The notes beneath the pieces were generated by a model. It was not told the origin of the DNA. It saw only the letters and a list, made by a program, of their open reading frames with translations, and ran no database searches. The position numbers and the translations under genes were made by a program. Below are positions 20,807-30,816 of a stretch of 64,000 bases of DNA, piece after piece. Location: assembly GCA_963663225.1 (NCBI GenBank), contig OY760142.1:160001-224000 (forward strand), given 5' to 3'. Each line of letters starts with the position of its first letter. The first letter of the stretch is position 1. The DNA is from Nitrospirota bacterium (GTDB lineage: Bacteria > Nitrospirota > UBA9217).

Positions 20807-21835
20807 GTGATGCCCAGCATGGAAAAACTTTTTTTTTGTACTGATAAACAATTGCGCATTTGCACCTGGGAGCAGGAGATTGCCGAGTTCACCGGTCGGC
20901 CAGCGTCTTCTATTCTCGGCAATAAGTACTATGATGTTTTCCCACGGATTACCATCAAGAACAAAGACGCCCTTTCCCGGGTCATTCGAGAAGGAAAATC
21001 GCTCGCCCTCAAAAACTATTCTTTTCATTGTCTGTACGGCAACCTGAAATCCGACATAAGAATTAAACTGCTTACGGCCACCGCTGGAAAACCCACCCGT
21101 CTGAAAGTAACCATACAGCCTCATTCGACATGCGGAGTGGCGAAAAAGCTGCGCCAATCCAAAAAACTTATCGATATCGGAAAAATTGCCTCCACACTTG
21201 CTCACGGAGTGCGCAACCCGTTAAATGCCATAAAGGGTGCCGTCGTTTATCTGAGAGAAAAGTATTCAGGAGAGGACACTCTCGTTGAATTTACAAAAAT
21301 CATGGAAGAGGAGATTTCACGTCTCGAAATCTTTATTTCAAAATTTCTCAGTTCCTCCGTGTCTGAAACGGAAGTCATTGAAACAGACATTAATGCACTG
21401 CTGAAGAAAATTGAGGTATTTACCTCTCTGCAGATATACACGAGGAATATTCAGTCGAACTACGAGTTTGGCAGTGTCCCTCCCATAACCATCAACTCCT
21501 TTCATCTGGAGCAGGCTATCCTGAATGTCATTAACAATGCAATCGAAGCAATGAAGGGTGGAGGCCAGCTTTCCGTAAAAACGTTTACGGCAGAGCGCAG
21601 TAAAAAATACTATGTCGTGATATCCATAAGCGATACCGGCCCCGGGATATCCGACAAAAAGCTGGATGAGCTCAATTCAGAAGGCACCAATAACGGAAAA
21701 GGATTCGGCCTGTTCATTACGTACGAAATTCTCAGACACTATGGCGGCCACATAGAAATAGACAGCAAAAAGAATATCGGCACGACAATTACCCTCTTTG
21801 TTCCCTGTCAGCATGTGGCAAAGGAACTGCCGTGA
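20807..21835 (+). CDS. Cytoplasmic PAS-histidine kinase (NtrB-like) with atypical H-box
   Basis: PAS-like N-terminus; H-box AHGVRNPLN; N-box NVINNAIEAM; G1 DTGPGI; G2 GKGFGL. Confidence 0.85.
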   Translation: MMPSMEKLFFCTDKQLRICTWEQEIAEFTGRPASSILGNKYYDVFPRITIKNKDALSRVIREGKSLALKNYSFHCLYGNLKSDIRIKLLTATAGKPTRLKVTIQPHSTCGVAKKLRQSKKLIDIGKIASTLAHGVRNPLNAIKGAVVYLREKYSGEDTLVEFTKIMEEEISRLEIFISKFLSSSVSETEVIETDINALLKKIEVFTSLQIYTRNIQSNYEFGSVPPITINSFHLEQAILNVINNAIEAMKGGGQLSVKTFTAERSKKYYVVISISDTGPGISDKKLDELNSEGTNNGKGFGLFITYEILRHYGGHIEIDSKKNIGTTITLFVPCQHVAKELP

Positions 21836-23172
21836 AAGACAGCAAAAAAGTGCTGATTGTTGATGACGAACCGAATGCCGTACGGGTCCTCTCCATGATT
21901 TTGAAAGAGGAAAACTATCAGGTCTTCGGCGCGTCAGACGTGGACAGCGCACTGGCCATTATCCGCAACCAGGACGTGGATGCGGTCATTACTGATTTGA
22001 AAATGCCTTCCAAGGATGGGTTCCAGCTTTTCGAGTACGTTTCCGCGCACTATCCCGATATGCCGGTGATGTTTCTAACGGCGTACGGCACCGTTGAATC
22101 AGCAGTGGATGCCATGCGAAGCGGCGCCTATCATTATTTCATCAAACCTCCCGATTATGCTCAGCTCAAAAGCGTTCTTGCGCGTGCCGTAGAGCAGCAC
22201 GCGGTAAAGAAAGAATTTGCGCTCCTGAAAAAAAATTCCGCGCAAAGCGATAAAATATACTCCATTATCGGGAAAACGCCCCCTATCATCGAGATCATTA
22301 AAACCATCGACACGGTCAAAGATACGGAAAGCAGCGTCCTCATCCAGGGTGAAACAGGAACGGGAAAAGAAGTGATTGCCGCTAATCTTCATTATCTCGG
22401 CAAACGCGCGCAGAAACCGTTTGTCGCGTTGAACTGCGCCGCAATACCCAAGGATCTCATGGAGTCAGAGCTTTTTGGATTTGAGAAGGGTGCGTTTACG
22501 GGGGCGTCCATGGCACGCGCCGGCAAATTTGAAGAGGCAGCGGAAGGGACGATTTTTCTCGACGAAATAGGCGAGTTGGAGCTCTCCGTCCAGGCGAAGC
22601 TGCTGCGGGTGTTGCAGGAACGGGAAGTGGAGCGGCTCGGCGCAAACAAGAAATTCAAAGTCAATTTCAGACTCATATCCTCCACGAACAGAGACCTGAA
22701 AAAAGAAGTCCGTGAAGGACGTTTCAGAGAAGATCTGTACTACCGGATCAACGTAATTCAGATAGAAGTACCGCCGCTTCGTGACCGAAAGCAGGATATT
22801 CCCCTGTTGGCGACCGAATTCCTGAACAGCTTCTCTCTGCGGGAAGACAGACCGTTCGTGCTCGATGATGATGTAAAAAAAGTTTTTCTGAATTATGATT
22901 GGCCGGGAAATGTTCGGCAACTCAAAAATGTTATTGAACGGGCAGTCGTTCTAGCACAAAGCGACCGCATAACGCTGCATGAACTGCCTGAGGAGTTCCT
23001 TATCCATTGCAACAAACCAAAGACTCCTGAAACGACAAAGACGCTCAAGGTTATCGAGCACCAGGCCATAAAAGACGCATTGCTTATGTGCAGCGGCAAT
23101 ATCTCTAAAGCGGCACGTCAACTCGGGATTTCTCGGAAGACGTTCTATAAAAGGCTGAAAGAAATCGAATAA
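21832..23172 (+). CDS. Sigma-54-dependent response regulator (NtrC/AtoC family)
   Basis: REC (VITDLKMP); Walker A GETGTGKE; ESELFG..KGAFTGA; WPGNVRQL; Fis-type HTH. Confidence 0.95.
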   Translation: MKDSKKVLIVDDEPNAVRVLSMILKEENYQVFGASDVDSALAIIRNQDVDAVITDLKMPSKDGFQLFEYVSAHYPDMPVMFLTAYGTVESAVDAMRSGAYHYFIKPPDYAQLKSVLARAVEQHAVKKEFALLKKNSAQSDKIYSIIGKTPPIIEIIKTIDTVKDTESSVLIQGETGTGKEVIAANLHYLGKRAQKPFVALNCAAIPKDLMESELFGFEKGAFTGASMARAGKFEEAAEGTIFLDEIGELELSVQAKLLRVLQEREVERLGANKKFKVNFRLISSTNRDLKKEVREGRFREDLYYRINVIQIEVPPLRDRKQDIPLLATEFLNSFSLREDRPFVLDDDVKKVFLNYDWPGNVRQLKNVIERAVVLAQSDRITLHELPEEFLIHCNKPKTPETTKTLKVIEHQAIKDALLMCSGNISKAARQLGISRKTFYKRLKEIE

Positions 23173-23240
23173 GTACTTACCGAACCGCGCGTTCCCGTTC
23201 GGAACAAGTGCAAGTCAGGCTTGCAGCGGAGTAACCATAC

Positions 23241-25091
23241 GTGGAAAAAACCGATATATATAAGAAAAAATTTTCAATCCTCCAGGATCTTTCCAGCGCC
23301 ATTGTTATTTCAGATAATATCAACACGATAGCAAATCTCCTGCTTGATTTCGCCCTCAACTATACCAATGCAGAAAAAGGATCCCTTCTTCTGATAGCCG
23401 AACAGGACGAGCTGTCCATTCTTGCATCACGGGGAATGGATGACCGGATCGATACCAGCCGCAAAGTAAAAATCGGCACCGGAATCGCCGGCATGATAGC
23501 CAAAAACAAAACTCCTGTGCTGGTAGAGAACATCGAGAAAGAAAATAAATTTATACACTTTCGGCGCAATCGATACAAAACGAACTCCTTCATTTCCTGC
23601 CCTCTGGTCATCAACAACAAACTGCTCGGGCTGCTGAATATCAATGACAAGAAAGACGGGACCCCGTTCAACGTCGACGAATTCGAACTTTTGAAAACCC
23701 TTGCAAACCACGCTGCAATCGCCCTGGAAAACGTTTTTTTGCTGAATCAGCTGAAAGCAAAAGCGGCGGAGCTCGAAGAAGTAAACAAAAAACTTGTTGC
23801 AACCGATATTTTAAAAACCGAATTTCTCACACGAGTCTCTCACGAGCTGCGGACTCCTTTGAACTCCCTGAAAGGGGCAATTTATTTCCTGCAACACAGC
23901 GGAGCCATCGAAAAAAATGAGCAGCAGGAATTTCACGAAATCATCTCGGTGGAGACAAATAAACTTGTATCTATTGTGGAAAATCTCCTAAACTTCCTTC
24001 GTCTGGAAGATGAAACCAGAATAACCAAAAAAACGGTACTCGATCTCGGTGATATTTTCAAAGAGGTGCAGGAAACGAAATCGCTGACGACCCTCCTCTC
24101 GCGCAAGGATGTTCGGCTCACCATGGACGTGCACGGCAACCGCATCGATCTCATCGGCGACAGGATAAAAGTGATCCAATTCTTTACGAATTTAATCGCC
24201 GGAGTCTGTCCCTATCTCGAACGTGGCGACGCTGTTGAAATCATGGCGGCGGAAAACGGGCATATCACCATCTCTGTTTCTATTACCCGTCCGCTGCCGA
24301 AAGACGTCCTTTCCATTCTTGGAGACAGACGGTATGTTTTCCAGATTGAGCACCCCGAGGACCGCCTGAAGCTTTATCTTGCACGAAACATCATCGAAAC
24401 ACACCGATGGAATCTGTCCGCCGTCAACTCGGACTCGCTGTGCCAGATAACGCTTTCTATTCCGAAAAGCGTTCAACAGACAATCGATATTTATGTTGAT
24501 CAAAGTATGAATTCTTTTGTGGAGCTCATTTCCGAGCTGCTTGACATTAATATTTGCTCAGTTATGCTCAGCGATGATCTGACCAACGAATTGACGGTAA
24601 AAAGCGCGGTCGGCCTTGATGAAGACATCATTAAAAGCACACGAATAAAACTCGGTGACAAGATCGCCGGCTGGGTGGCTCTGGAAGGAAAGCCATTGTT
24701 TATTGAGAACATAGAAAATGACGCCCGTTTTGCGAAAACGAACGTCGCGCAATATACCACGAAGTCGCTGATGACGCTCCCGCTGAAAATAGGAGATCGC
24801 GTCATCGGTGTGTTGAACATGAACAATAAAAAGACGGCGGAAACGTTTTCAAAACATGATTATGACCTTGCTTCGCAACTGAGCCAGCAGATATCACGTT
24901 TCATTGAGTTGTTGCACTCGGACCGCCACAGCGAGGATGACTTTAAAAAATTCATATCCTCACTCGGAAGACTCCTTGATTCCGATCAATCCTATGCCGA
25001 AAAAAAGGCGCTTTTTACCGATTTTGCGGACAAAATTTTAAAAAGCTCCGCACCCATCATCAAACTTAAAAAATCCGGCCCGATTGCGTAA
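23241..25091 (+). CDS. GAF-HisKA-(degenerate HATPase)-GAF protein, probable pseudokinase
   Basis: Two GAF domains with NKK motifs; intact H-box SHELRTPLN; N, G1 and G2 boxes degenerate. Confidence 0.8.
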   Translation: MEKTDIYKKKFSILQDLSSAIVISDNINTIANLLLDFALNYTNAEKGSLLLIAEQDELSILASRGMDDRIDTSRKVKIGTGIAGMIAKNKTPVLVENIEKENKFIHFRRNRYKTNSFISCPLVINNKLLGLLNINDKKDGTPFNVDEFELLKTLANHAAIALENVFLLNQLKAKAAELEEVNKKLVATDILKTEFLTRVSHELRTPLNSLKGAIYFLQHSGAIEKNEQQEFHEIISVETNKLVSIVENLLNFLRLEDETRITKKTVLDLGDIFKEVQETKSLTTLLSRKDVRLTMDVHGNRIDLIGDRIKVIQFFTNLIAGVCPYLERGDAVEIMAAENGHITISVSITRPLPKDVLSILGDRRYVFQIEHPEDRLKLYLARNIIETHRWNLSAVNSDSLCQITLSIPKSVQQTIDIYVDQSMNSFVELISELLDINICSVMLSDDLTNELTVKSAVGLDEDIIKSTRIKLGDKIAGWVALEGKPLFIENIENDARFAKTNVAQYTTKSLMTLPLKIGDRVIGVLNMNNKKTAETFSKHDYDLASQLSQQISRFIELLHSDRHSEDDFKKFISSLGRLLDSDQSYAEKKALFTDFADKILKSSAPIIKLKKSGPIA

Positions 25092-25201
25092 ACCACACTC
25101 TCTCTATCTTCTTCTTTACTCCATTGCAGAAAATCGGCAAAAAAAAGGAGCGTACATTGTACGCCCCTGACTATTTTTCTACCACTTATGAGCCGAATGT
25201 C

Positions 25202-26509
25202 TTATGCCCGCACTACATTGCCCTTATTCTTGATTTTGCTCGTCGCGTTTCTGGCATCTACAATCAGTGCGGAGTTTTGGACAAGGAATTCATAATCATA
25301 GGAAGAATGGTCTGTGGAAATCAGAACGCAGTCATATTGTTTTAGGGACTCCTTTGTCAAGGGAACTGAGTTCTTTTTAAGGTCATACATGCGCATCTTG
25401 TGCGTCTGCGGGACATAGGGGTCATTATAATCAACATCTGCTCCATGTTCCATAAGAAGCTCTATCAATTTCAAGGACGGCGATTCACGGACATCATCGA
25501 TATCTTTTTTGTATGCAAGCCCCAGAAGCAAAATCTTTGATGCTTTGATGCTTTTACCTCTTTCATTCAGCGCATGAATGACTTTTCCGATGACATAATA
25601 CGGCATGGACGTATTTATTTCACCGGCCAGTTCTATGAATTTCGTGTTGAAATCATATTCGCGCGCCTTCCAAGTGAGGTAAAATGGATCGATAGGAATA
25701 CAATGGCCGCCAAGCCCGGGTCCCGGGTAGAAAGCTTGAAAGCCGAATGGCTTGGTTTTTGCCGCTTCAATGACTTCACACACGTCGATCCCCATTCTGT
25801 CGAACAGGATTTTCAACTCGTTCACCAGCGCGATATTTACCGCCCGGTATATGTTTTCAAGCAGCTTTGCCGATTCCGCCACCTTGGTGGATGATACCGG
25901 CACGGTTTTTTCAACAATCGCACTGTATAATGCGTTCGCGTACTTCAGGCAATCTGCAGTATATCCACCGACCACCTTGGGTATCGTGCTGGTGGTAAAG
26001 TCCTTGTTATTCGGATCTTCACGCTCAGGTGAGAACGCTAGATAAAAGTCCTTTCCTGCTTTCATGCCTGTTTTTTCGAGTATGGCCCGCATGTCTTCAT
26101 CGGTTGTGCCGGGATATGTTGTCGATTCCAGGGAAATAAGCTGTCCTTTTTGCAAATATTGCGCTATGGTTGTTGTCGTATTGAATACATAGGAAAGATC
26201 CGGTTCACGCTGTTTGTTCAGCGGCGTAGGAACGCAGATGATAATGCAATCCACATCACGAAGCACGGAGAAATCCGTTGTTGCGTGAAAACGGTTGTTT
26301 TTTCTCAAAGCCGCCGTATGCTCGGAAGGAATGTGTTTTATATAAGACTTGCCTTCATTCAGCGACAATACTTTCTTTTCATCAAGATCAAATCCTATTA
26401 CATTGAACCCCTGCTTCTCGAACGCCATCACAAGAGGCAATCCTACATACCCCAGACCGATGACCCCCACCTTCGCTGTTTTTTCTTCAATTTTTTTTCC
26501 TAAATCCAT
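25202..26509 (-). CDS. UDP-N-acetylhexosamine 6-dehydrogenase (WbpA/WbpO-like nucleotide-sugar dehydrogenase)
   Basis: GLGYVGLP, CVPTPL, ESTTYPGTT, GLGGHCIPIDP and GLAYKKDIDDVRESP motifs. Confidence 0.92.
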   Translation of the reverse strand: MDLGKKIEEKTAKVGVIGLGYVGLPLVMAFEKQGFNVIGFDLDEKKVLSLNEGKSYIKHIPSEHTAALRKNNRFHATTDFSVLRDVDCIIICVPTPLNKQREPDLSYVFNTTTTIAQYLQKGQLISLESTTYPGTTDEDMRAILEKTGMKAGKDFYLAFSPEREDPNNKDFTTSTIPKVVGGYTADCLKYANALYSAIVEKTVPVSSTKVAESAKLLENIYRAVNIALVNELKILFDRMGIDVCEVIEAAKTKPFGFQAFYPGPGLGGHCIPIDPFYLTWKAREYDFNTKFIELAGEINTSMPYYVIGKVIHALNERGKSIKASKILLLGLAYKKDIDDVRESPSLKLIELLMEHGADVDYNDPYVPQTHKMRMYDLKKNSVPLTKESLKQYDCVLISTDHSSYDYEFLVQNSALIVDARNATSKIKNKGNVVRA

Positions 26510-26659
26510 GGATAGTACTCCTTTCCTTAATAACATCCGATTTGCCGGCATTCTGTTTGCCGAATGAATATCTATGATTCACGTACTCGCGCCTTGTCGG
26601 TAGTATGTGCAAAAGTTTTCAGTTTGATGACGCATTGTGTGAGGTATTTTGGTGAGTCG

Positions 26660-28120
26660 TTACCGTAAGCTGGATACAATGGAGCTTACCTGCTTCTCCA
26701 TCGAGCTTTTAATGGATTCCAAAGCTTCGGGGTCGCTTGCTTCGAAACGCATGACCAGAACCGGCTGCGTGTTTGAAGCCCGGATCAACCCCCATCCCTT
26801 GTCGAAAACGGCCCGCACGCCGTCGACCGTAATAACATCTTTGGGTTTCAGGGAAATATGCTGTCCATGGGAGAATATATCTTTTGCTTTTTCTACAACC
26901 TGGAATTTAATGGCATCAGAACAATCAAAGCGGATCTCCGGAGTATTATATGTCTTCGGCAAATCAGCTATCAAAGAACTGAGTGATGCCGTATCACCTC
27001 CAGCGGATTTCAGTTTCTTAACAATTTCCACCAGGCGGCAAGCAGCGTAAATTGCATCATCGTAGCCGAAATACCGGTCGGCGAAAAAGAGATGGCCGCT
27101 CATTTCACCGGCAAGCGCCGCATGCACTTCTTTCATTTTTGATTTGATCAGGGAGTGGCCCGTCTTCCACATGATGGCATTCCCGCCATGGGCGCGGATG
27201 TCATCATACATTGTCTGGGAGCATTTTACTTCGGACACAAAAACAGCACCCGGTCGGTCAAGCAGAATTGCGCGCGAAAAAATGACCATCAGTTGATCGC
27301 CCCACAGGATGCTTCCCGTTTCATCCACCACGCCGATTCTGTCGGAGTCACCGTCAAAGGCGATGCCCATATCAGCTTTCTCTCTGAGGACGGTGTCGAT
27401 CAACGTAGTGAGATTGTGTGGAATCGTGGGATCAGGATGATGGTTTGGAAATCTGCCGTCCGGTTCTGAAAATAACTCGATCACGTCACAGTTCATGCTG
27501 TGAATAAGTTCAGGAGCTGCAAGCCCGGCAGTTCCGTTCCCGGAATCAAGGACAATCTTCAGTCGTCTGCCCTGAATAGCGCTGAATTTATTTTTAAGAC
27601 AAGCGATATAATCCTGCAAAATAGGATGGTGCGATACCGTTCCCGCTTTTGGATTTCCATCGGTTGAACCGTTCGTCGACATTTGGCCGTCTTTTTTTGA
27701 GCGCCGAATATCGTCGGCATCTGTTTCCATAATCCTTCTCAGGTTCTGTATCTCTTCACCATAAATAGTATCCCTGCCAACACAGAGCTTGAACCCGTTG
27801 AATTCCGCTGGATTATGGCTTCCGGTAATCATGATGCCTGCGCCCGGGTTGAGATGATACAGTGAAAAATAAAGCGCAGGGGTTGGACAAAGGCCAAGAA
27901 CCGTGGCGTGCATTCCGGCCGCCGTGATTCCCCGGACAAGATCATCGCACAGCCTTGGAGAACTGGTACGGGCATCATATCCCACCGTAACCTCATTCAC
28001 GTTACGAGGTCTGAGATAAGCAGCAAACCCTCTTCCCAGAGATTCAATAACCGGAGAAGTCAGATCATGATCTGCAATCCCCCGGATGTCGTATTCCCTA
28101 AAAATATCGGTGTTAATCAT
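26660..28120 (-). CDS. Phosphomannomutase/phosphoglucomutase (AlgC-like)
   Basis: FREYDIRG; phospho-Ser motif TGSHNP; metal loop FDGDSDR; GEMSGH; RASNTQP. Confidence 0.95.
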   Translation of the reverse strand: MINTDIFREYDIRGIADHDLTSPVIESLGRGFAAYLRPRNVNEVTVGYDARTSSPRLCDDLVRGITAAGMHATVLGLCPTPALYFSLYHLNPGAGIMITGSHNPAEFNGFKLCVGRDTIYGEEIQNLRRIMETDADDIRRSKKDGQMSTNGSTDGNPKAGTVSHHPILQDYIACLKNKFSAIQGRRLKIVLDSGNGTAGLAAPELIHSMNCDVIELFSEPDGRFPNHHPDPTIPHNLTTLIDTVLREKADMGIAFDGDSDRIGVVDETGSILWGDQLMVIFSRAILLDRPGAVFVSEVKCSQTMYDDIRAHGGNAIMWKTGHSLIKSKMKEVHAALAGEMSGHLFFADRYFGYDDAIYAACRLVEIVKKLKSAGGDTASLSSLIADLPKTYNTPEIRFDCSDAIKFQVVEKAKDIFSHGQHISLKPKDVITVDGVRAVFDKGWGLIRASNTQPVLVMRFEASDPEALESIKSSMEKQVSSIVSSLR

Positions 28121-28148
28121 CGTGCGTTTACGAATCCTTTAGTAAAAG

Positions 28149-29630
28149 TTATTCGGCGGCGGGAAGCTCGGGAAGGGAATTTCTCTTCTTGGCATCATGT
28201 CTGTTGTAGTCATCGTCAAAGCGGACAATATCGTCTTCTTCAAGATACTCTCCATTCTGGACTTCAATGATCTGGAGGGGTATTTTACCTTGGTTTTCGA
28301 GACGGTGTTTCGTGGAAATAGGAATATAGGTGCTTTCATTGGGGTGCACATCATAGACTTTATCCCCATTGGTGACCCGTGCCGTACCGGCGACAACAAC
28401 CCAATGCTCGCTCCGATGATGATGGAGCTGATAGGAAAGTTTCGCCCCCGGATAAATTTCTATGCGTTTTATTTTATACCGGTCGCCGCCTTCTAAAACC
28501 GTGTAGGAACCCCACGGCCGTTGAACAGTCCGGTGCACCAAGTGTTCATCCGCTTTGCGTTTTTTAAGTTCATCTACAACTTTTTTAACGTCCTGGGCCT
28601 TCTCCTTGCTGCACACGAGGGTCGCGTCCGGGGTGTCTACAACAACAGTATCCTTTAAACCAATGGTAGCAACCAGCCGTTTGTCAGCGTAGAGAATCGA
28701 ATTGCTGCTTCCGATATCGATGACATTGCCGGTCATAATATTTCCCGAGCGGTCTCTCTCGGAAACATCATCAAGGGCCGTCCAGCTACCCACGTCTGAC
28801 CAACCGATATCCGCTGGGATGACGGCCGCGTTATCTGTCTTTTCCATGACTGCGTAATCAATGGAAATAGCGTTTATTTTTTTGAACACTTCTGCTATAA
28901 CTTCCGACTCTTTGTCAGTGCCGATGTTTCTTTTGATTTCCATCAAGCCCTGGTAGAGATCCTTCTGGTACTTTTCGATTTCCTTAAGGAATGTTCTGAC
29001 TTTCCAAATAAAAATACCGCTGTTCCAGAAATAGCGTCCGCTTTTTAGATACTCCCGAGCAGTATCGATGTCCGGTTTCTCAACAAAGGCCTCAACCCTG
29101 TTGACATTAGCAGGCATCTGGTTTCCCGGCGATGCAGAAGACACACTGGTTCCCGCTTTAATATAACCGTACCCAGTCTCCGGCCGGTCAGGTTTGATGC
29201 CGAGCGTTACCAGAAAGTCCTGTTTAGCAGCCTCAGATGCTGTTTTGAGCAGATCCAGAAAAAGATCCGATTTGCTGATAATATGATCCGCAGCAAGAAC
29301 AACTATTATGGCGTTAGGATCTATGCGCTCCAGGTGAAGCGCTGCAAGACCCAGCGCTGGCGCCGTATTTTTTGCTTCCGGCTCAAGAATAAAATTGCCA
29401 TTCCAGGTACGGTTGAACTTTGTAGAAAGTTGCTGGTTAATGGAGTCCGCAAGTGAATGATTTGTTACTATAAAAACGTCCTCAATGCGAACCATCGGAA
29501 GAACGCGGCTTACTGTTTGGAGAATAAGGGAATCCTCACCACCGATCTTTAAAAGCTGCTTCGGCGTCTTCTCTCGTGAAAGAGGCCAGAAGCGTGTTCC
29601 AGAACCACCTGCCATAATGACAGCATACAT
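28149..29630 (-). CDS. manC: Mannose-1-phosphate guanylyltransferase / mannose-6-phosphate isomerase
   Basis: IMAGGSGTRFWPLSR..PKQ; WNSGIF; WSDVGSW; cupin motifs RPWG and HHHRSEHW. Confidence 0.94.
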   Translation of the reverse strand: MYAVIMAGGSGTRFWPLSREKTPKQLLKIGGEDSLILQTVSRVLPMVRIEDVFIVTNHSLADSINQQLSTKFNRTWNGNFILEPEAKNTAPALGLAALHLERIDPNAIIVVLAADHIISKSDLFLDLLKTASEAAKQDFLVTLGIKPDRPETGYGYIKAGTSVSSASPGNQMPANVNRVEAFVEKPDIDTAREYLKSGRYFWNSGIFIWKVRTFLKEIEKYQKDLYQGLMEIKRNIGTDKESEVIAEVFKKINAISIDYAVMEKTDNAAVIPADIGWSDVGSWTALDDVSERDRSGNIMTGNVIDIGSSNSILYADKRLVATIGLKDTVVVDTPDATLVCSKEKAQDVKKVVDELKKRKADEHLVHRTVQRPWGSYTVLEGGDRYKIKRIEIYPGAKLSYQLHHHRSEHWVVVAGTARVTNGDKVYDVHPNESTYIPISTKHRLENQGKIPLQIIEVQNGEYLEEDDIVRFDDDYNRHDAKKRNSLPELPAAE

Positions 29631-29724
29631 TAACCGAACCATCCTTTTATTTTTTAATGAATTGCGAATTATCTCACAGGGGCATACGGCAGTCAATGCA
29701 ATTCAACAAACGAAGCCGCTGAGC

Positions 29725-30411
29725 TTAGAAGGAGATTGATTCAAATTCCGGTTTAAGCAAAATATGTTTATCTTTTAAAATCTGAATTTCACCGTTCCGC
29801 TGCCACTTATCAAGCACCCGGGTGACCGTTTCACGCGAAAGTCCGGTCATGTCCGCGATGTCCTGATGAATGAGTTTCACCTTCAAGACGACACCAATTG
29901 CATTCTTTTCCCCGTAGTTTTCAGACAGCATGAGAAAGAGCATCTTGATTCGTTGTGCGGCATTATTAAAGTTCAACATTTGTATTTTTTTGAGTGACTC
30001 ACGAAGCCGTGCACATAAAATATTCAGGAGATTATCGAGCACTCTGGACCTGCCATAGAGCAGCGAGTAGAAATCGCGCTTCGAAATAAGCGCAACAGCG
30101 GAGTTCTTTGTTGCATATATGGTCGCAGGAGCCGTTTTTCCATCAATCAGCGACAATTCTCCGAAAAAATCGCCCTGCTGATGCATTGTCACCAGTATTT
30201 CTTTTCCCTTTTCTGTCGTTTGAATCGCCTTTCCTTCGCCGTCAAGAATGATGTACATAAATTCATTGGTATTCTCTTCGCGTAAAATTATTTCATTCTT
30301 CCTGAAATTTTTAACAATAATCTTTTCCTGAACCAGGTGGAAATCCTCCGGAGTCAGCGAGTGAAAAAGCGGATTTTTTTTTAAAAAATCTATTCGATCG
30401 TATTTTCTCAA
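29725..30411 (-). CDS. Crp/Fnr family transcriptional regulator
   Basis: cNMP-binding fold (GDFFGELSLIDG); HTH IADMTGLSRETVTR. Confidence 0.9.
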   Translation of the reverse strand: MRKYDRIDFLKKNPLFHSLTPEDFHLVQEKIIVKNFRKNEIILREENTNEFMYIILDGEGKAIQTTEKGKEILVTMHQQGDFFGELSLIDGKTAPATIYATKNSAVALISKRDFYSLLYGRSRVLDNLLNILCARLRESLKKIQMLNFNNAAQRIKMLFLMLSENYGEKNAIGVVLKVKLIHQDIADMTGLSRETVTRVLDKWQRNGEIQILKDKHILLKPEFESISF

Positions 30412-30633
30412 GTGGCACCCTACGGGAGAAAATTCATCAATCCAGCATAAGAAACCTCACTGGATTGCAGCTTTTTTAATTAACTGTAGCTTGTTGTTTT
30501 CTTAATTATATCGGGATTTTAATCTGATTGATACTTTTATTTTGCTTACTGCGAATATTAAAGCTTTACTTACTATACGTAGTTTGTATTAAGGCTGCTA
30601 CCACTTTTGAACGCTGAATAATATTTTCAAAGA

Positions 30634-30676
30634 CGTGATAAAAATCACAGTTTTTTTTGTGCGTTTTGGGTATATT
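30634..30676 (+). promoter_or_regulatory. CRP-type box and -10 element (class II Crp-activated promoter geometry)
   Basis: CGTGA-TAAAAA-TCACA (30634-30649) is one mismatch from TGTGA-N6-TCACA. TATATT at 30671-30676 places the box centre at about -41.5. Confidence 0.6.
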
Positions 30677-30724
30677 TAAGTTACTATATAATATATATTT
30701 AATTAAAATCTAGCGTCTTTTTCT

Positions 30725-30816
30725 TCTCTGCTCAGAGCAAACCAAGGGAAACCTTGGGACGCAAAGCAACGGGACTAATGATTTATAGACTTTCATGTCC
30801 GCCGAGCCGCCAGAGA
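30725..30816 (+). ncRNA. GEMM-I cyclic-dinucleotide riboswitch aptamer, A20 (GEMM-Ib / c-AMP-GMP-type) variant
   Basis: P1 TCTCTG/CAGAGA; AGCAAACC; P2 CCAAGG-GAAA-CCTTGG; GACGCAAAGC junction; receptor CTAATG/CATG; 3' GCCGAGCCGCC. Register matches the c-di-GMP-I consensus. Confidence 0.9.

Noticed and set aside
26546-26560. Sigma-54-like GG-N10-GC element CGGCATTCTGTTTGC
   Set aside because: It is on the plus strand, antisense to the surrounding operon, with no downstream gene; probably chance.
27640-27730. Low-complexity insertion of about 20 aa in the phosphomannomutase
   Set aside because: It is an in-frame linker expansion with the catalytic motifs intact; no intein or mobile-element features.
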